Shown here in pieces: positions 53,314 to 63,184 of a DNA stretch of 64,000 bases. Made by a program: the position numbers and the translations under genes. Each line of letters starts with the position of its first letter. Position 1 is the first letter of the stretch. The stretch spans positions 96,001-160,000 of the forward strand of contig DASCPX010000129.1 in NCBI GenBank assembly GCA_036012755.1, given 5' to 3'. Origin of the DNA: Myxococcota bacterium (GTDB lineage: Bacteria; Myxococcota_A; UBA796; CAJQPC01). The notes beneath the pieces were generated by a model. It was given only the letters and a program-made list of their open reading frames with translations. It was not told the origin of the DNA and ran no database searches.

Positions 53314-53343
53314 TTGACGCTCACCCTCGGGCAGCCATACGCT
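53314..53343 (+). promoter_or_regulatory. Sigma70-type promoter
   Basis: TTGACG-N18-TACGCT, then AAGGAGAGG RBS before ATG 53368. Confidence 0.7.
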
Positions 53344-53367
53344 GCTGCCGGTTCCAAGGAGAGGCCC

Positions 53368-53715
53368 ATGCTCGTCCTGCTCATGTCGCTGACTGGTTGC
53401 GGTCCGAACTGCCAGTCGACCTGCCAGCGTCTCTACGGTGACGGAGTTCAGACCGTCAACGGCGAGCAACAAGAGGACTGCGGGATCGAACGCGCGGGTC
53501 GGAAGAGCAACGACCTCGTCGACACCTGCATGGAAGAGTGCGACGACGCGCTGGACACACCCGGCGAGATGGGCCCCTACGATCCGTACACGCGGACCGG
53601 CTCCAACGAGTCAGTCGACCTCGACAACGAGCGCCAGGCGGCCATCTGGATGCAGTGCGTCGCCGAGACCAGCTGCGACCGCCTCACGGAGGGCTACTGC
53701 GCGCCGGTCTGGTAG
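53368..53715 (+). CDS. Small Cys-rich lipoprotein
   Basis: MLVLLMSLTGC followed by 8 Cys; strong RBS. Confidence 0.8.
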   Translation: MLVLLMSLTGCGPNCQSTCQRLYGDGVQTVNGEQQEDCGIERAGRKSNDLVDTCMEECDDALDTPGEMGPYDPYTRTGSNESVDLDNERQAAIWMQCVAETSCDRLTEGYCAPVW

Positions 53716-53732
53716 GGGTTAGTCGAGCCCCG

Positions 53733-53999
53733 ATGTTCTTCCTCAGCTTGCTGTGGGGCTGCAACGCCACCTGCTCCCAGGCCTGCAAGCGCCTGCTGGA
53801 GTGCGACGCCGTGGACACCACCGGCGTCGAGCGCGACCTCTGCGAGGAGACCTGCCGCGTGCAGGAGCAGACCTACGAAGACTGGGAGGACGAGGACCTC
53901 CAGGAGCGCTTCGACGAGGCCCGCAACTGCATCCGCGATTCGACCTGCGCGGACATCGCGGACGGTGTCTGCTACGACGAAGAGCTGTTTCCCTACTGA
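53733..53999 (+). CDS. Small Cys-rich lipoprotein (paralog)
   Basis: MFFLSLLWGC followed by 8 Cys in the same pattern. Confidence 0.78.
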   Translation: MFFLSLLWGCNATCSQACKRLLECDAVDTTGVERDLCEETCRVQEQTYEDWEDEDLQERFDEARNCIRDSTCADIADGVCYDEELFPY

Positions 54000-54003
54000 A
54001 GAC

Positions 54004-54975
54004 GTGAGACTGCTCTTCCTCCACACCGGCGGCACCCTCGGCATGAAGGGGGAGCCCGGCCCGCTGGAACCAGAGGACTACGAGGAGACCGTCCTTCCCT
54101 TCGTCCGGGGCCTCGAGGAGCTCGGCGAGATCGAGCACCGGTTCCTCTGCAACATCGACAGCTCCGACATGGATCCGACCCGCTGGCAGGACATCGCTCG
54201 GACGGTCGCAGAGAACATCGACACCTACTGTGGCTTCGTCGTGCTCCACGGCACGGACACGATGGCTTACAGCGCGGCAGCCTGCGCCCTGTTGCTGGAG
54301 AACCTCCCCAAGCCGGTGGTCTTCACCGGAGCCCAGCGGCCGATCCACCAGCTGCGCAGCGACGGACGCCAGAACCTCATCCACGCGACCATCTGCGCCA
54401 CCCGCGACGTTCCAGAGGTCGCCGTCTACTTCGACGGCAAGCTCCTGCGCGCCTCGCGGACCACGAAGTACTCGGTCCAGAGCTACTCGGCCTACCGCTC
54501 CCCGGGCACCCCTCCGCTGATGACGATGGGCGCTGACATCCTGCAGCCGCTGGTGCCCAGGCGCCCACGCGGGCCCTTTCGCCTGCGGTCCGGCTTCGAG
54601 CGTCACGTCGCGGTCCTGACGCTCTTTCCGGGCATCGAGTCGCGGGTGCTCGACGCGGTCGTCGACGGCGGAGCGCGTGGGGTCATCCTGCGCTCGTTCG
54701 GCGCGGGCAACGTTCCCTTGATGGGGTGGCCAGAGGCCGTCGCCCGAGCCCGGGCCGCCGGGGCGGTGGTCATCGTCGCCACCCAGTGCGTGGAGGGAAG
54801 GGTGGAGCTCGGTCGCTACGCTGGCTCGGCGGCCGTGCTCGACGCGGGTGCCCTGAGCGCAGCCGACATGACGCTCGAGGGTGCCCTCACGAAGACCATG
54901 TTCCTCCTGGCCCAGGACGAGGCCTTCGAGGAGTCCTGGCCCCACGATCTGGCAGGCGAGGTCTCACCGCACTGA
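54004..54975 (+). CDS. ansA: Type I (cytoplasmic) L-asparaginase
   Basis: TGGTLGM, IDSSD, HGTDTMAY, FGAGN. Confidence 0.9.
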   Translation: MRLLFLHTGGTLGMKGEPGPLEPEDYEETVLPFVRGLEELGEIEHRFLCNIDSSDMDPTRWQDIARTVAENIDTYCGFVVLHGTDTMAYSAAACALLLENLPKPVVFTGAQRPIHQLRSDGRQNLIHATICATRDVPEVAVYFDGKLLRASRTTKYSVQSYSAYRSPGTPPLMTMGADILQPLVPRRPRGPFRLRSGFERHVAVLTLFPGIESRVLDAVVDGGARGVILRSFGAGNVPLMGWPEAVARARAAGAVVIVATQCVEGRVELGRYAGSAAVLDAGALSAADMTLEGALTKTMFLLAQDEAFEESWPHDLAGEVSPH

Positions 54976-55278
54976 GGCGAGGAAGCTCCGGTGGGCGTCC
55001 GTCGTCTCCGCGTGGGGGCTGCCTGTCGTGCTCCCGCGGAGCCCCGGAACCCCAGTGCTGTCGAGCTCCGCTCCGGCGTGGCAGTGGGCGCAGCCGTCGT
55101 GGAGGAAGGCCTCCAGTCCAGCGAGCTCCCCGGCGCTCAGGCTGTCCTCGCCAGCGAGCCAGCGGTCGAAGCGGGTGTCTCCGGCCGGGGCGAAGACCTT
55201 CGTCGCCCGCTCGCGCAGGTCCGGCTCGCGGTGGGTCTCCTCGACGTCTCCGGAGCAGGCGATCAGCAAGATCAGCAA
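54964..55278 (-). pseudogene. Di-heme cytochrome c peroxidase remnant
   Basis: Lipoprotein N-terminus joined to TRFDRWLAG..LS..EL.GL..F...GCAHCH (second-heme region); only 104 aa. Confidence 0.7.
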
Positions 55279-55796
55279 GGAAACTCCTGGATTCTCTCGG
55301 GCACCTCGGCGAGGAAGCCGAGGACCGCGACGCCGAAGGTGACGGCGAGGACAGCCTCCGCGTTGGCGGGGGTGATGCCGCCGAGGGCGAAGACTGGAAT
55401 GCCCAGCCGACGCTGTGCCGCCTCCAGCCCTTCGAGCCCGAGGGTGGGTCTGTCGTCTTCGGGCTTCGAGGTGGGTCGGAAGACGGGACTCAACAGCACG
55501 TAGTCGGCCCCGGCGTCCTCGGCGGAGAGCGCCTCCTCGAGGGAGTGCGTGGAGACACCGAGGAGTCCCTCGTGGGCGCGCCAGGCCCCGATGTCCTCGC
55601 CGCTGGGCAGGTGAAGCCCACAGCCGGCCACCGGGGCGTCCGGGCAGCGGAGGTGCACGATGTGACCGGCGGCGAGGTGAGCCACCGGGACCTGCTCACG
55701 GATCAGGGCGGGCCGTCCGACCGCCGAGAGCCAGTCCCGGAGCTGTCCTCGGCCAGGCGAGATCGGTAGGATCCGCCTCATCATCTGGAGCGGCAT
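55272..55796 (-). CDS. thiE: Thiamine phosphate synthase/TenI family protein (short)
   Basis: GLHL, GVSTHS, DY...SPVF.PTSK, ALGGI; adjacent to thiG. ThiE vs TenI not resolved. Confidence 0.7.
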   Translation of the reverse strand: MPLQMMRRILPISPGRGQLRDWLSAVGRPALIREQVPVAHLAAGHIVHLRCPDAPVAGCGLHLPSGEDIGAWRAHEGLLGVSTHSLEEALSAEDAGADYVLLSPVFRPTSKPEDDRPTLGLEGLEAAQRRLGIPVFALGGITPANAEAVLAVTFGVAVLGFLAEVPERIQEFPC

Positions 55797-55805
55797 CCCG
55801 GCAGT

Positions 55806-56576
55806 CTACCCGCGGCCGATGAGCCCCTCGATGGGCGAGGACGCAGTCGCGTAGAGCTTCTTCGGGATGCGGCCGGCTTCGAAGGCCATGCGCCCGGCCT
55901 CGGTCGCCGCTCTCATCGCGCCAGCCATCTTCAGGGGGTCCTTCGCGGCAGCGATGGCCGTGTTCATGAGCAGCCCGTCGACCCCGAGCTCCATCGCGAT
56001 GGCGGCGTCGCTGGCGGTCCCGACCCCGGCGTCCACGATGACCGGGACCTTCGCCGCGTCGAGGATCAACGCCAGGTTGTAGGGGTTTCGGATGCCGAGA
56101 CCCGAGCCGATGGGCGCCGCCAGCGGCATGACGGCCGCGCAGCCGATGTCCTCGAGCTTCCTGCAGACGATCGGGTCGTCCAGGCAGTAGGGCATCACGG
56201 TGAAGCCGTCCTCGCAGAGCACGCGAGCGGCCTCCAGGGTCCCCTCGTTGTCGGGGAAGAGCGTCTTCGGATCTCCGATGACCTCGAGCTTCACGAGCTC
56301 TGTGCCCAACAGCTCCCGCGCGAGACGGGCCGTGACGATGGCCTCTTCCGCCGTGAAGCAGCCCGCCGTGTTGGGCAGGATGAGGATCCTGTCCCGATCT
56401 ATGAAGTCCAGGATGTTGTGGCCCTTGGCCGCCGTGAGGTCGACCCGGCGCACCGCGATGGTGACCATGGCCGTCCCAGTGGCCTCGTGACAGGCCTGCA
56501 TCTCAGGAAAGTCCTTGTACTTTCCGGTGCCTACGATGAGTCGCGAAGAGAGGGTGTGGGAGCCGATCTGGAGCAT
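55806..56576 (-). CDS. thiG: Thiazole synthase
   Basis: [32 protein letters not shown]. Confidence 0.97.
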   Translation of the reverse strand: MLQIGSHTLSSRLIVGTGKYKDFPEMQACHEATGTAMVTIAVRRVDLTAAKGHNILDFIDRDRILILPNTAGCFTAEEAIVTARLARELLGTELVKLEVIGDPKTLFPDNEGTLEAARVLCEDGFTVMPYCLDDPIVCRKLEDIGCAAVMPLAAPIGSGLGIRNPYNLALILDAAKVPVIVDAGVGTASDAAIAMELGVDGLLMNTAIAAAKDPLKMAGAMRAATEAGRMAFEAGRIPKKLYATASSPIEGLIGRG

Positions 56577-56595
56577 GGCGCGCACCTAACGCGGC

Positions 56596-57379
56596 TCAGA
56601 GCTCGGTGACGTTCACCCGGGTCGCGAAGCTCCATCCCGAATCCGCCGTCAACGACGCCGTGCCGCTGTAGACATCGCTGGTGCCGTAGCCCCCCTGGAC
56701 CGTGAGATCCCGTACGTCCACCTCGATGTTCTCTCCGTCCACCTCGATCACCGTGCCGAGGTCTCCGCCATCGAGGGTCACGCGCATCGCGTCACCGCTG
56801 TCGCTCTTGACGACCACGCTGCCCGAAAACAGCAGGTTCACGTAGAAGGTGCCGTCGCAGAAGACCAGCTCGCCCTCATCGCTGAAGGTCGCCGTCGCCG
56901 GGGCGTCTGCGGTCCCTGTCAGGGCCGCGGTCTGGTCCGTCGGGCTTCCGTCTGTGTCGAGCCAGACCGCCGTGTTCGTGTCGACGTCTTCGTCGCAGTC
57001 ATCCGGGTTGTCCGCGTAGCCGGGGCAGCTCACAGGCGCTCACGGTGCCCTCGCCCCCGTAGCCGTCTCCGTCGCTGTCCTCGTAGTAGGTCGTGCCGTC
57101 GATGGGGTCGTCGTCCGGCACCCCGTCACAGTCGTCGTCGATGTCGTTGCAGATCTCGTCGGCGTCGGGGTTCACCAGCTCCCTGCCGTCATCGCAGTCG
57201 CTGCCGTCGCTGAGGTAGCCGTCGGGCATCTCGCAGTCGTCGTTGGTCGTGTCGGGATCGCCGAAGCCGTCGCCGTCAGCGTCGGCGTACCACTCTACGG
57301 CGCAGCCGACGTCCCCGCTGTCTCCCGAGTCGGTCCCGGGTGGTGTCTTGGTGCAGGCGAGAGCCAGGACAACGAGCAT
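56596..57379 (-). pseudogene. Acidic Cys-repeat (putative metal-binding motif) lipoprotein, frameshifted/truncated
   Basis: MLVVLALAC; WYADADGDGFG, DCDD...EICNDIDDDCDG; frame switch near 57020-57030 (ELP / GYADNPDDC). Confidence 0.75.
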
Positions 57380-57442
57380 GTTTCCGCCGTCGGCGGGAGG
57401 GTACTCGGCCCGTGATAGGGTCGCGCGCTTCCAGAGGTTCCC

Positions 57443-59212
57443 ATGGTCCAGCGGCCCTACGCCGAGCTGTCCTTTCCCGGCATCGCGCTGGGGGTGATCC
57501 AGGGCATCCTGATGACCGCCGCCTTCGTCTACATCGCGCTGAAGCTGGGCTTTGGCCTTGGTGGTTCGACCGTCGCAGCGATCATCGGCTTCACCTTCCT
57601 CCGCGGCGCGCTGCGGCGGAAGTCGATCGTCGAGAACAACATCAACCAGACGGTGGCCTCCGGTATCAACACCGCCTCGGCGGGTGTGGTCTTCACCCTG
57701 CCGGCGCTGCTGTTGCTCAGCGTCGACGACCCCAGCCTCCGTGACTTCCCGATCGGTCCGCTCATCTTCGCGGCGGTCGCCGGCTCGCTGATGGGCATCG
57801 TGCTCATCATTCCGCTGCGAAAGCAGATGATCGAGTTCGAGCGCCTGCGCTTCCCGAGCGGGACCGCTGTCGCGACGCTCTTGCGCTCTCCTGGAGAGGG
57901 CCTCGCCCAGGGCATCCTCTTGCTCGTCGGAGCCTTGCTGGCCCTGGGGCTCACGGTGCTGGTGAACATGGCGTTCATCCCAGAGGAGATCGACATCGGG
58001 CACGCCTTGGAGCTGCCCGCCTGGCTTCCCTTCGCCCTCTACATCTCCGCGGCCAACTTCGGCGCCGGGCTGCTCTCCGGGAAGGGCGGCCTGCCCTTTG
58101 CCCTCGGCGGGGTCCTGGCCTGGTGGATCATCACGCCCATCGCCGTGTCCTCCGGCTGGATCGACCCTCCGGCGACCATGGCCGCAGCGGACGTCGCGGT
58201 CTGGCAGGCGGGCGAGGCATACAGCCAGATGCTGAGACCGCTGGGCATCGGCATGCTCATCGGTGGTGCCCTCGCGGGGGTCGCCTCCGCGTTGCCGGCG
58301 GTGAAGGGTGCGTTCCAGTCCCTCCAGGCGGCCGCGAAGCTCGCCCGGGACAAGGGCGTCTCACCCGACGAGATGTCGCCCAAGCTGCTCGCCGGCGGGG
58401 CCGTGGGAGCCTTCGTCCTGCTGTTCATCGCGTCGATGCTCGCCAGCGGCCTCGGGCCTGCACATTCCTTGATGATCGCCGTCGTTGCGGCGCTCTGGCT
58501 CGGCCTCGCCGGAGTCATCGTCGCCACCGCGACCGGGCACACGGACATCAGCCCGCTGTCGGGCCTGGCCCTGATCGCGGTCACGCTGATGTACTTCCTG
58601 ACCGACGGCAACGTGACCGCTGCGATCCTCATCGGCGTCTCGGTCTGTATCGCGACGAACCAGTGCGCCGACATGATGAGCGACCTCAAGACGGGTCACC
58701 TCGTCGGCGCCACTCCGCGCAACCAGCAGATCGCCCAGCTGTTGTTGTGCTGGCTCGGCCCGCTGGTCGCCATCGGCGTGCTCTTCCTCCTCTGGGAGAT
58801 GCCAGGGGACGGCTCCCCGGGCTTCGGGCCGGACTCGTTGGCCTGTATCGAGGAGACCGCGGACTGCCTGCTGGCCCCTCAGGCTGGCGCGCTGCAAGGC
58901 ATGATCGAGGCCCTGCGCGACTCCGACGCCGCCGTCGACAAGTACATCGGCGGGACCGTCATCGGCGGCGCGCTGAGCGTCTTCCCCATCGGCGGCGTCG
59001 CGGTGCTCGTCGGGCTGGCGATGTACCTGCCCTTTTCGATCACCCTGGCCTATGGCGTCGGCTGCGTGCTCGCGATGGCGCTCCAGAAGTACATGGGTCG
59101 GGCCTTCATCGGCAAGAAGCTCGTCCCCTTCGCGGCTGGCCTCATCGTCGGCGAGGCGCTCACCCAGCTCGCCTGGTCCATCTACCGCATGGCGACCGGA
59201 GGTGGAGAGTGA
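57443..59212 (+). CDS. OPT/YSL family oligopeptide transporter
   Basis: LKLG, ENNINQT, LRFPSG, DLKTGHLVGATP, APQA. Confidence 0.93.
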   Translation: MVQRPYAELSFPGIALGVIQGILMTAAFVYIALKLGFGLGGSTVAAIIGFTFLRGALRRKSIVENNINQTVASGINTASAGVVFTLPALLLLSVDDPSLRDFPIGPLIFAAVAGSLMGIVLIIPLRKQMIEFERLRFPSGTAVATLLRSPGEGLAQGILLLVGALLALGLTVLVNMAFIPEEIDIGHALELPAWLPFALYISAANFGAGLLSGKGGLPFALGGVLAWWIITPIAVSSGWIDPPATMAAADVAVWQAGEAYSQMLRPLGIGMLIGGALAGVASALPAVKGAFQSLQAAAKLARDKGVSPDEMSPKLLAGGAVGAFVLLFIASMLASGLGPAHSLMIAVVAALWLGLAGVIVATATGHTDISPLSGLALIAVTLMYFLTDGNVTAAILIGVSVCIATNQCADMMSDLKTGHLVGATPRNQQIAQLLLCWLGPLVAIGVLFLLWEMPGDGSPGFGPDSLACIEETADCLLAPQAGALQGMIEALRDSDAAVDKYIGGTVIGGALSVFPIGGVAVLVGLAMYLPFSITLAYGVGCVLAMALQKYMGRAFIGKKLVPFAAGLIVGEALTQLAWSIYRMATGGGE

Positions 59213-60117
59213 AGAAGACCATCGCTTTTCTGATGCTCTTCGTCGGGCTCGGCGTCGCGGCTGCGTCGGGCTCGCGGAACGGAGAGAGCCACGCGGCCTA
59301 CCGGATCGCGCTCACGGAACTCCCAGGGGTCGAGGCCTCCTTCGTCGAAGTCGAGGCCCAGGCCACCGGCATCGAGGAGGAGGAGGAGCAACTTCGAGAG
59401 GATGTCTTCCAGATCCAGGCCGCCTGGCGGGCCGAGGACGACGCCGAGCGGACCCTCGCCGAGGAAGAGGGCCGCGAGTTCGTGGCCCCGGAGCGAGAGG
59501 ACCCCTTCACCGCGCGACGCGAGGATCTCGCTGCCCGAAGTGCGGACGTCATGCAGCGCTACGACGAGCTCGCCGAGCGCAAGGCGACCCTGGAAGCGGC
59601 CTCCCTGCCCGAGCCCGCCCAGCGGCTGTCCGAGTGGTTCGCGGTCGGAGGTGTCGGCTGGATCGTCGGCCTGGTCTTGATCGCGGCGGGCGCCGTGCTC
59701 GCGCGGCGACAGATCGAGGCGGAGAATCGAGGAGAGACCACGGGAAGCGACGAAGACTCCGTCGACTTCCTCGTGAACCTCCAGAAGGTCCAGGAGCGCC
59801 TCGAGAAGCTCAGCGAGGACATCGCGGAGCTGCCGATGGACGATGACGCCCCGGCGGCCCGCCAGTTCATCGACGACACTTTCGACGAGCTGATCATGCC
59901 CATAGTCGACGCTCGCGGCCGCTACTCGGCTCGTCACGGCGTCGGGGTCTTCGCCAGCTACTTCGGCGCTTTTGCCGGCGGGGAGCGCAACCTCTCCCGC
60001 ACCTGGTCCGCCCTCACCGACGGCCACGCGGAGGAGGCGCGGGCCTCTCTGGTCAAGGCGCGTGACGCCTTCGCGGAGGCTGAAGACGCCTGGAACGAGG
60101 CCGAGGCCAAGGGCTAG
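59209..60117 (+). CDS. Membrane protein with coiled-coil, translationally coupled to OPT
   Basis: GTGA overlap; two hydrophobic segments; GERNLSRTWSALTDG. Confidence 0.75.
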   Translation: MKKTIAFLMLFVGLGVAAASGSRNGESHAAYRIALTELPGVEASFVEVEAQATGIEEEEEQLREDVFQIQAAWRAEDDAERTLAEEEGREFVAPEREDPFTARREDLAARSADVMQRYDELAERKATLEAASLPEPAQRLSEWFAVGGVGWIVGLVLIAAGAVLARRQIEAENRGETTGSDEDSVDFLVNLQKVQERLEKLSEDIAELPMDDDAPAARQFIDDTFDELIMPIVDARGRYSARHGVGVFASYFGAFAGGERNLSRTWSALTDGHAEEARASLVKARDAFAEAEDAWNEAEAKG

Positions 60118-61085
60118 AAGCAGCTCCCCCACTGCCGGCCTGGTGCGTCGGACTCGACCGGGGGGAGCGTATCGAGCACCCTGGCGAGCCTCTCCGTGAT
60201 GAGCGTCCGACCCTGGCGAGTGGCGTGCCAGTCACGGCTCAACGAGTCCGCCGGCAGCGTCTCGGTGCTGAAGTCGACGAGGTCGACGGGCTGCTCCGAC
60301 CACCAGGCCCGGGTGGGGGCGAGCTCGTCCTCGCAGTGGAAGTCGCCGCGTCCGGCGGGTAGGACGACCACGAGCCGGGCGTTGGCATCGAGGCTCCGTT
60401 GCACCAACAGCGGCATCAGGCTCTCGTCCAACGAAGCCCGGGTCGGCCAGGGCTCCGGGGCCGGCTCCCGTCCGACGGGGTCTTCCAACAGGCGAGGCGC
60501 CTCGTTCGGGCCGATCTCCTCGGCGAAGAGGCGCTCCGTGGCGGGCCCCACGATCGGCCCTTCCTTGTGCAGACCGAGGATTGCCTCGGCCGGCGTGTTC
60601 GCGATGCCCTCGACGACCTGCCGTCGCAGGGACACCCGGTTCCGCAGGGCGAGCTGCAGGGCGGCGTTGTCATCGGGCAGAGCCCGCCCCGTGAGCTCCG
60701 GATCTGCGCTGCTGAGGAGTTGCAGGAGCGCCTCCTGGTCGTCCGGATCGTCGAGCACCACGTCGTCCATGCTCTGGGGCGAGACATAGAGCACGACACG
60801 GTCGAGGTCCCGGGCCCTCTGCAGGACCGCGATCCAGTGCGCGGGGCTGGCGCCGCTGACGGATCCAGCGGTGGCGCCGAGGGTCCGGGGATCGAGGCCC
60901 GCCTGGGTCACGGAGTTGCCGATCAGCAGGACGGGAGCTGGCCCCTCGAGGCGGCCGATCAGGGGCCCGGTCCTGGGGCTGGTCGGCGTGTCGACCCCCT
61001 GAAGCAACATCGCGCCGATCCCTACCACCAGGAGCGGCAGCCCGACCGACAGGGCGATCTCAGAAGCGGAAGTAGATGAAGTCAC
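60114..61085 (-). CDS. SGNH-like acyltransferase partner of MBOAT (AlgJ/DltD-like)
   Basis: N-terminal TM, LIGNS, DWH (DxH) motifs. Confidence 0.7.
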   Translation of the reverse strand: MTSSTSASEIALSVGLPLLVVGIGAMLLQGVDTPTSPRTGPLIGRLEGPAPVLLIGNSVTQAGLDPRTLGATAGSVSGASPAHWIAVLQRARDLDRVVLYVSPQSMDDVVLDDPDDQEALLQLLSSADPELTGRALPDDNAALQLALRNRVSLRRQVVEGIANTPAEAILGLHKEGPIVGPATERLFAEEIGPNEAPRLLEDPVGREPAPEPWPTRASLDESLMPLLVQRSLDANARLVVVLPAGRGDFHCEDELAPTRAWWSEQPVDLVDFSTETLPADSLSRDWHATRQGRTLITERLARVLDTLPPVESDAPGRQWGSCF

Positions 61086-62451
61086 GTGCCGTGTCGCGGG
61101 AGAAGAGGAAGATGGCGAAGACCGCCAGGCCCCAGAGCGTGGTCACCACGGGGGTCAGGTGAGGGCGGGCCCAGAGCCGGCGCAGCCAGCGGCCGCCCTC
61201 GCTGCCACAGAGCAGCACCAGTCCGCCGCCGGCGCTGATCGAGAGCACGACGACGGCGCCGACGAGCTCCTCCCACGAGCCGGCGAAGGGGTTCCGTACG
61301 AGGTGGCCGGCCAGGGCCGGGAGTGAGGTCTCTCGGAAGATCAGCCAGCCGACGCAGGTGAAGAAGAACATCGACACCACCGCCGACATCCTGCCGAAGC
61401 GACTGGCGACAACGGCGGCCGGCACGCGCCTCGAGAGGCTGCGGTAGAGCATCAACAGCGCAGCGTGGTAGCCGCCCCAGATGACGAAATGCCAGGCGGC
61501 GCCATGCCAGAGTCCGGACAACAACAGCGCCCCGCTGGTCGCCAGCGCGGTGCGCATCGGGCCCCGGCGGGAGCCTCCGAAGGGCACGTAGACGTACTCG
61601 TGGATCCAGGACGAGAGCGAGATGTGCCAGCGCTTCCAGAAGTCCGAGGGGCTGGTCGCACGGTAGGGGTTGTCGAAGTTCCGGCGCAGCTCGAAACCCA
61701 GCATGCGGGCCGTTCCGCGGGCGATGTCCGTGTAGCCGCTGAAGTCCGCCAGGATCTGCACGGCGAAGCCGATGGTCGCGGCGTGCACCAGCCAGCCTCC
61801 AGGCTCCTCCATCGCGAAGACCCGGTCGGCGTAGAGGCCCACCGTGTCTGCCACCACGACCTTCTGCACCGCTCCCCAGAGCGCCAGCGTCAACCCGCTC
61901 GCGAAGCGCTCGCCCGACAGCTTCCGCGGGCTCTCGACCTGTGGCAACAAGTCTCGAGCGCGCTCGATGGGCCCCGCGACGAGCTGCGGGAACATGCAGA
62001 CGTAGGTCGCGTAGTCCAGCAGATCCCGGCGCGGCTCGACCTTTCCCCGGTAGACATCGAAGGTGTACGACATCGTCTGGAAGGTGAAGAAGCTGATGCC
62101 CACCGGCAGCAGGATGCCCAGCGTGCTCGGCGTGCCGAGGCCCAGGGCGGCGACGTTCTCGAGGAAGAAGTCGAAGTACTTGAAGACACCGAGCAGACCG
62201 AGGTTTCCGGTCAGGCTCAGGGCCAGCAGCCACCTCTTGTGGTCCGGGTGGCGCCCCATCGCAAGGCCCACCCCGTAGTCGAGGAAGGTCGAGAACAGGA
62301 TGAGCAGGACGAACCAGGGGTGGACCCAGCCGTAGAAGACCAGCGACGCCGACAGCAGCACCGCGTTCTGGGCGCGTCGGTGGCGGACCCCCCAGAAGAC
62401 GACCAGGACGGCGGCGAAGAAGACAGGGAACTGCCACTGGACGAAGCTCAC
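61060..62451 (-). CDS. MBOAT O-acyltransferase (AlgI/DltB family)
   Basis: LPVGISFFTFQ, FPQLVAGPI, DFSGY, FWKRWHISL, GLWHG. Confidence 0.95.
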   Translation of the reverse strand: MSFVQWQFPVFFAAVLVVFWGVRHRRAQNAVLLSASLVFYGWVHPWFVLLILFSTFLDYGVGLAMGRHPDHKRWLLALSLTGNLGLLGVFKYFDFFLENVAALGLGTPSTLGILLPVGISFFTFQTMSYTFDVYRGKVEPRRDLLDYATYVCMFPQLVAGPIERARDLLPQVESPRKLSGERFASGLTLALWGAVQKVVVADTVGLYADRVFAMEEPGGWLVHAATIGFAVQILADFSGYTDIARGTARMLGFELRRNFDNPYRATSPSDFWKRWHISLSSWIHEYVYVPFGGSRRGPMRTALATSGALLLSGLWHGAAWHFVIWGGYHAALLMLYRSLSRRVPAAVVASRFGRMSAVVSMFFFTCVGWLIFRETSLPALAGHLVRNPFAGSWEELVGAVVVLSISAGGGLVLLCGSEGGRWLRRLWARPHLTPVVTTLWGLAVFAIFLFSRDTARDFIYFRF

Positions 62452-62496
62452 GCGGCGCCAGACTACTCCGGGCCGGGCGCTCTCCCGATTGCGCGT

Positions 62497-63012
62497 CTAC
62501 TCGTCGTCGCTCGGGCGTGCTCCCGCGTGCTTCCACCACTCCTCGATATTGCCAAGGTGGCGCTGGAACGCGAACGCCCCTGTGGCCAGGAGCAAGTCGG
62601 TGTAGTGGAGGTGGGACGTGAAGTCCGGCAGCCCCTGAGTCAGCCCCCAGAATGACCACTGTTCGGATCTGCTCGATCCGGCGAACTACCCGAATCTGGT
62701 CGGAGCCCGCGAGTAGGAGCGCTGTCTGCCAGCAGCCGAACAGGCTCCAGACCATCCAACCAACGCAAAGAGCAACCACCGCCTCCTGGGGCCACGCTCG
62801 GATGGAGTCTTCGATGTCGATGTCCCCTGGCGCGCCTGTTGCGAGCACCCACGCGCCCTCGAACCCCAGAGCATCAGAAACCAGGGGAAGACGAGCACGC
62901 GCGCGAGAACCAACCACCTCCACCCATCGAGCAGGGCGAACCGCTGGGCCCGTCGCTCGGGCTCCCGGAACCGTGCGACTGTCAAGAGGTGCGTGTGGAA
63001 GCGTGTCAGCAC
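62497..63012 (-). pseudogene. Doubly frameshifted membrane-protein gene
   Basis: Hydrophobic segments in three successive frames (switches near 62865 and 62645), ending ...PSDDE*; TAGCGT-N6-GTG start. Confidence 0.45.
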
Positions 63013-63184
63013 ACGACGACGCTACATAGTGCCGGATGGCAGTCCGTCAAGATGGCCGGTCTGCGGTGATCCGGCGGTCGAGGGACATGATCAGCAGTGG
63101 CCTTCCCGCGTGGGGTGAGTTCGTTAAGGAAGCCATCTTCTGCCAGGTGCCGAACCGACAACACCACGAGGTGTCTCTCTCAGC

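Noticed and set aside
56577..56700. TPP riboswitch upstream of thiG
   Set aside because: Only about 20 nt of intergenic space and no recognisable TPP aptamer.
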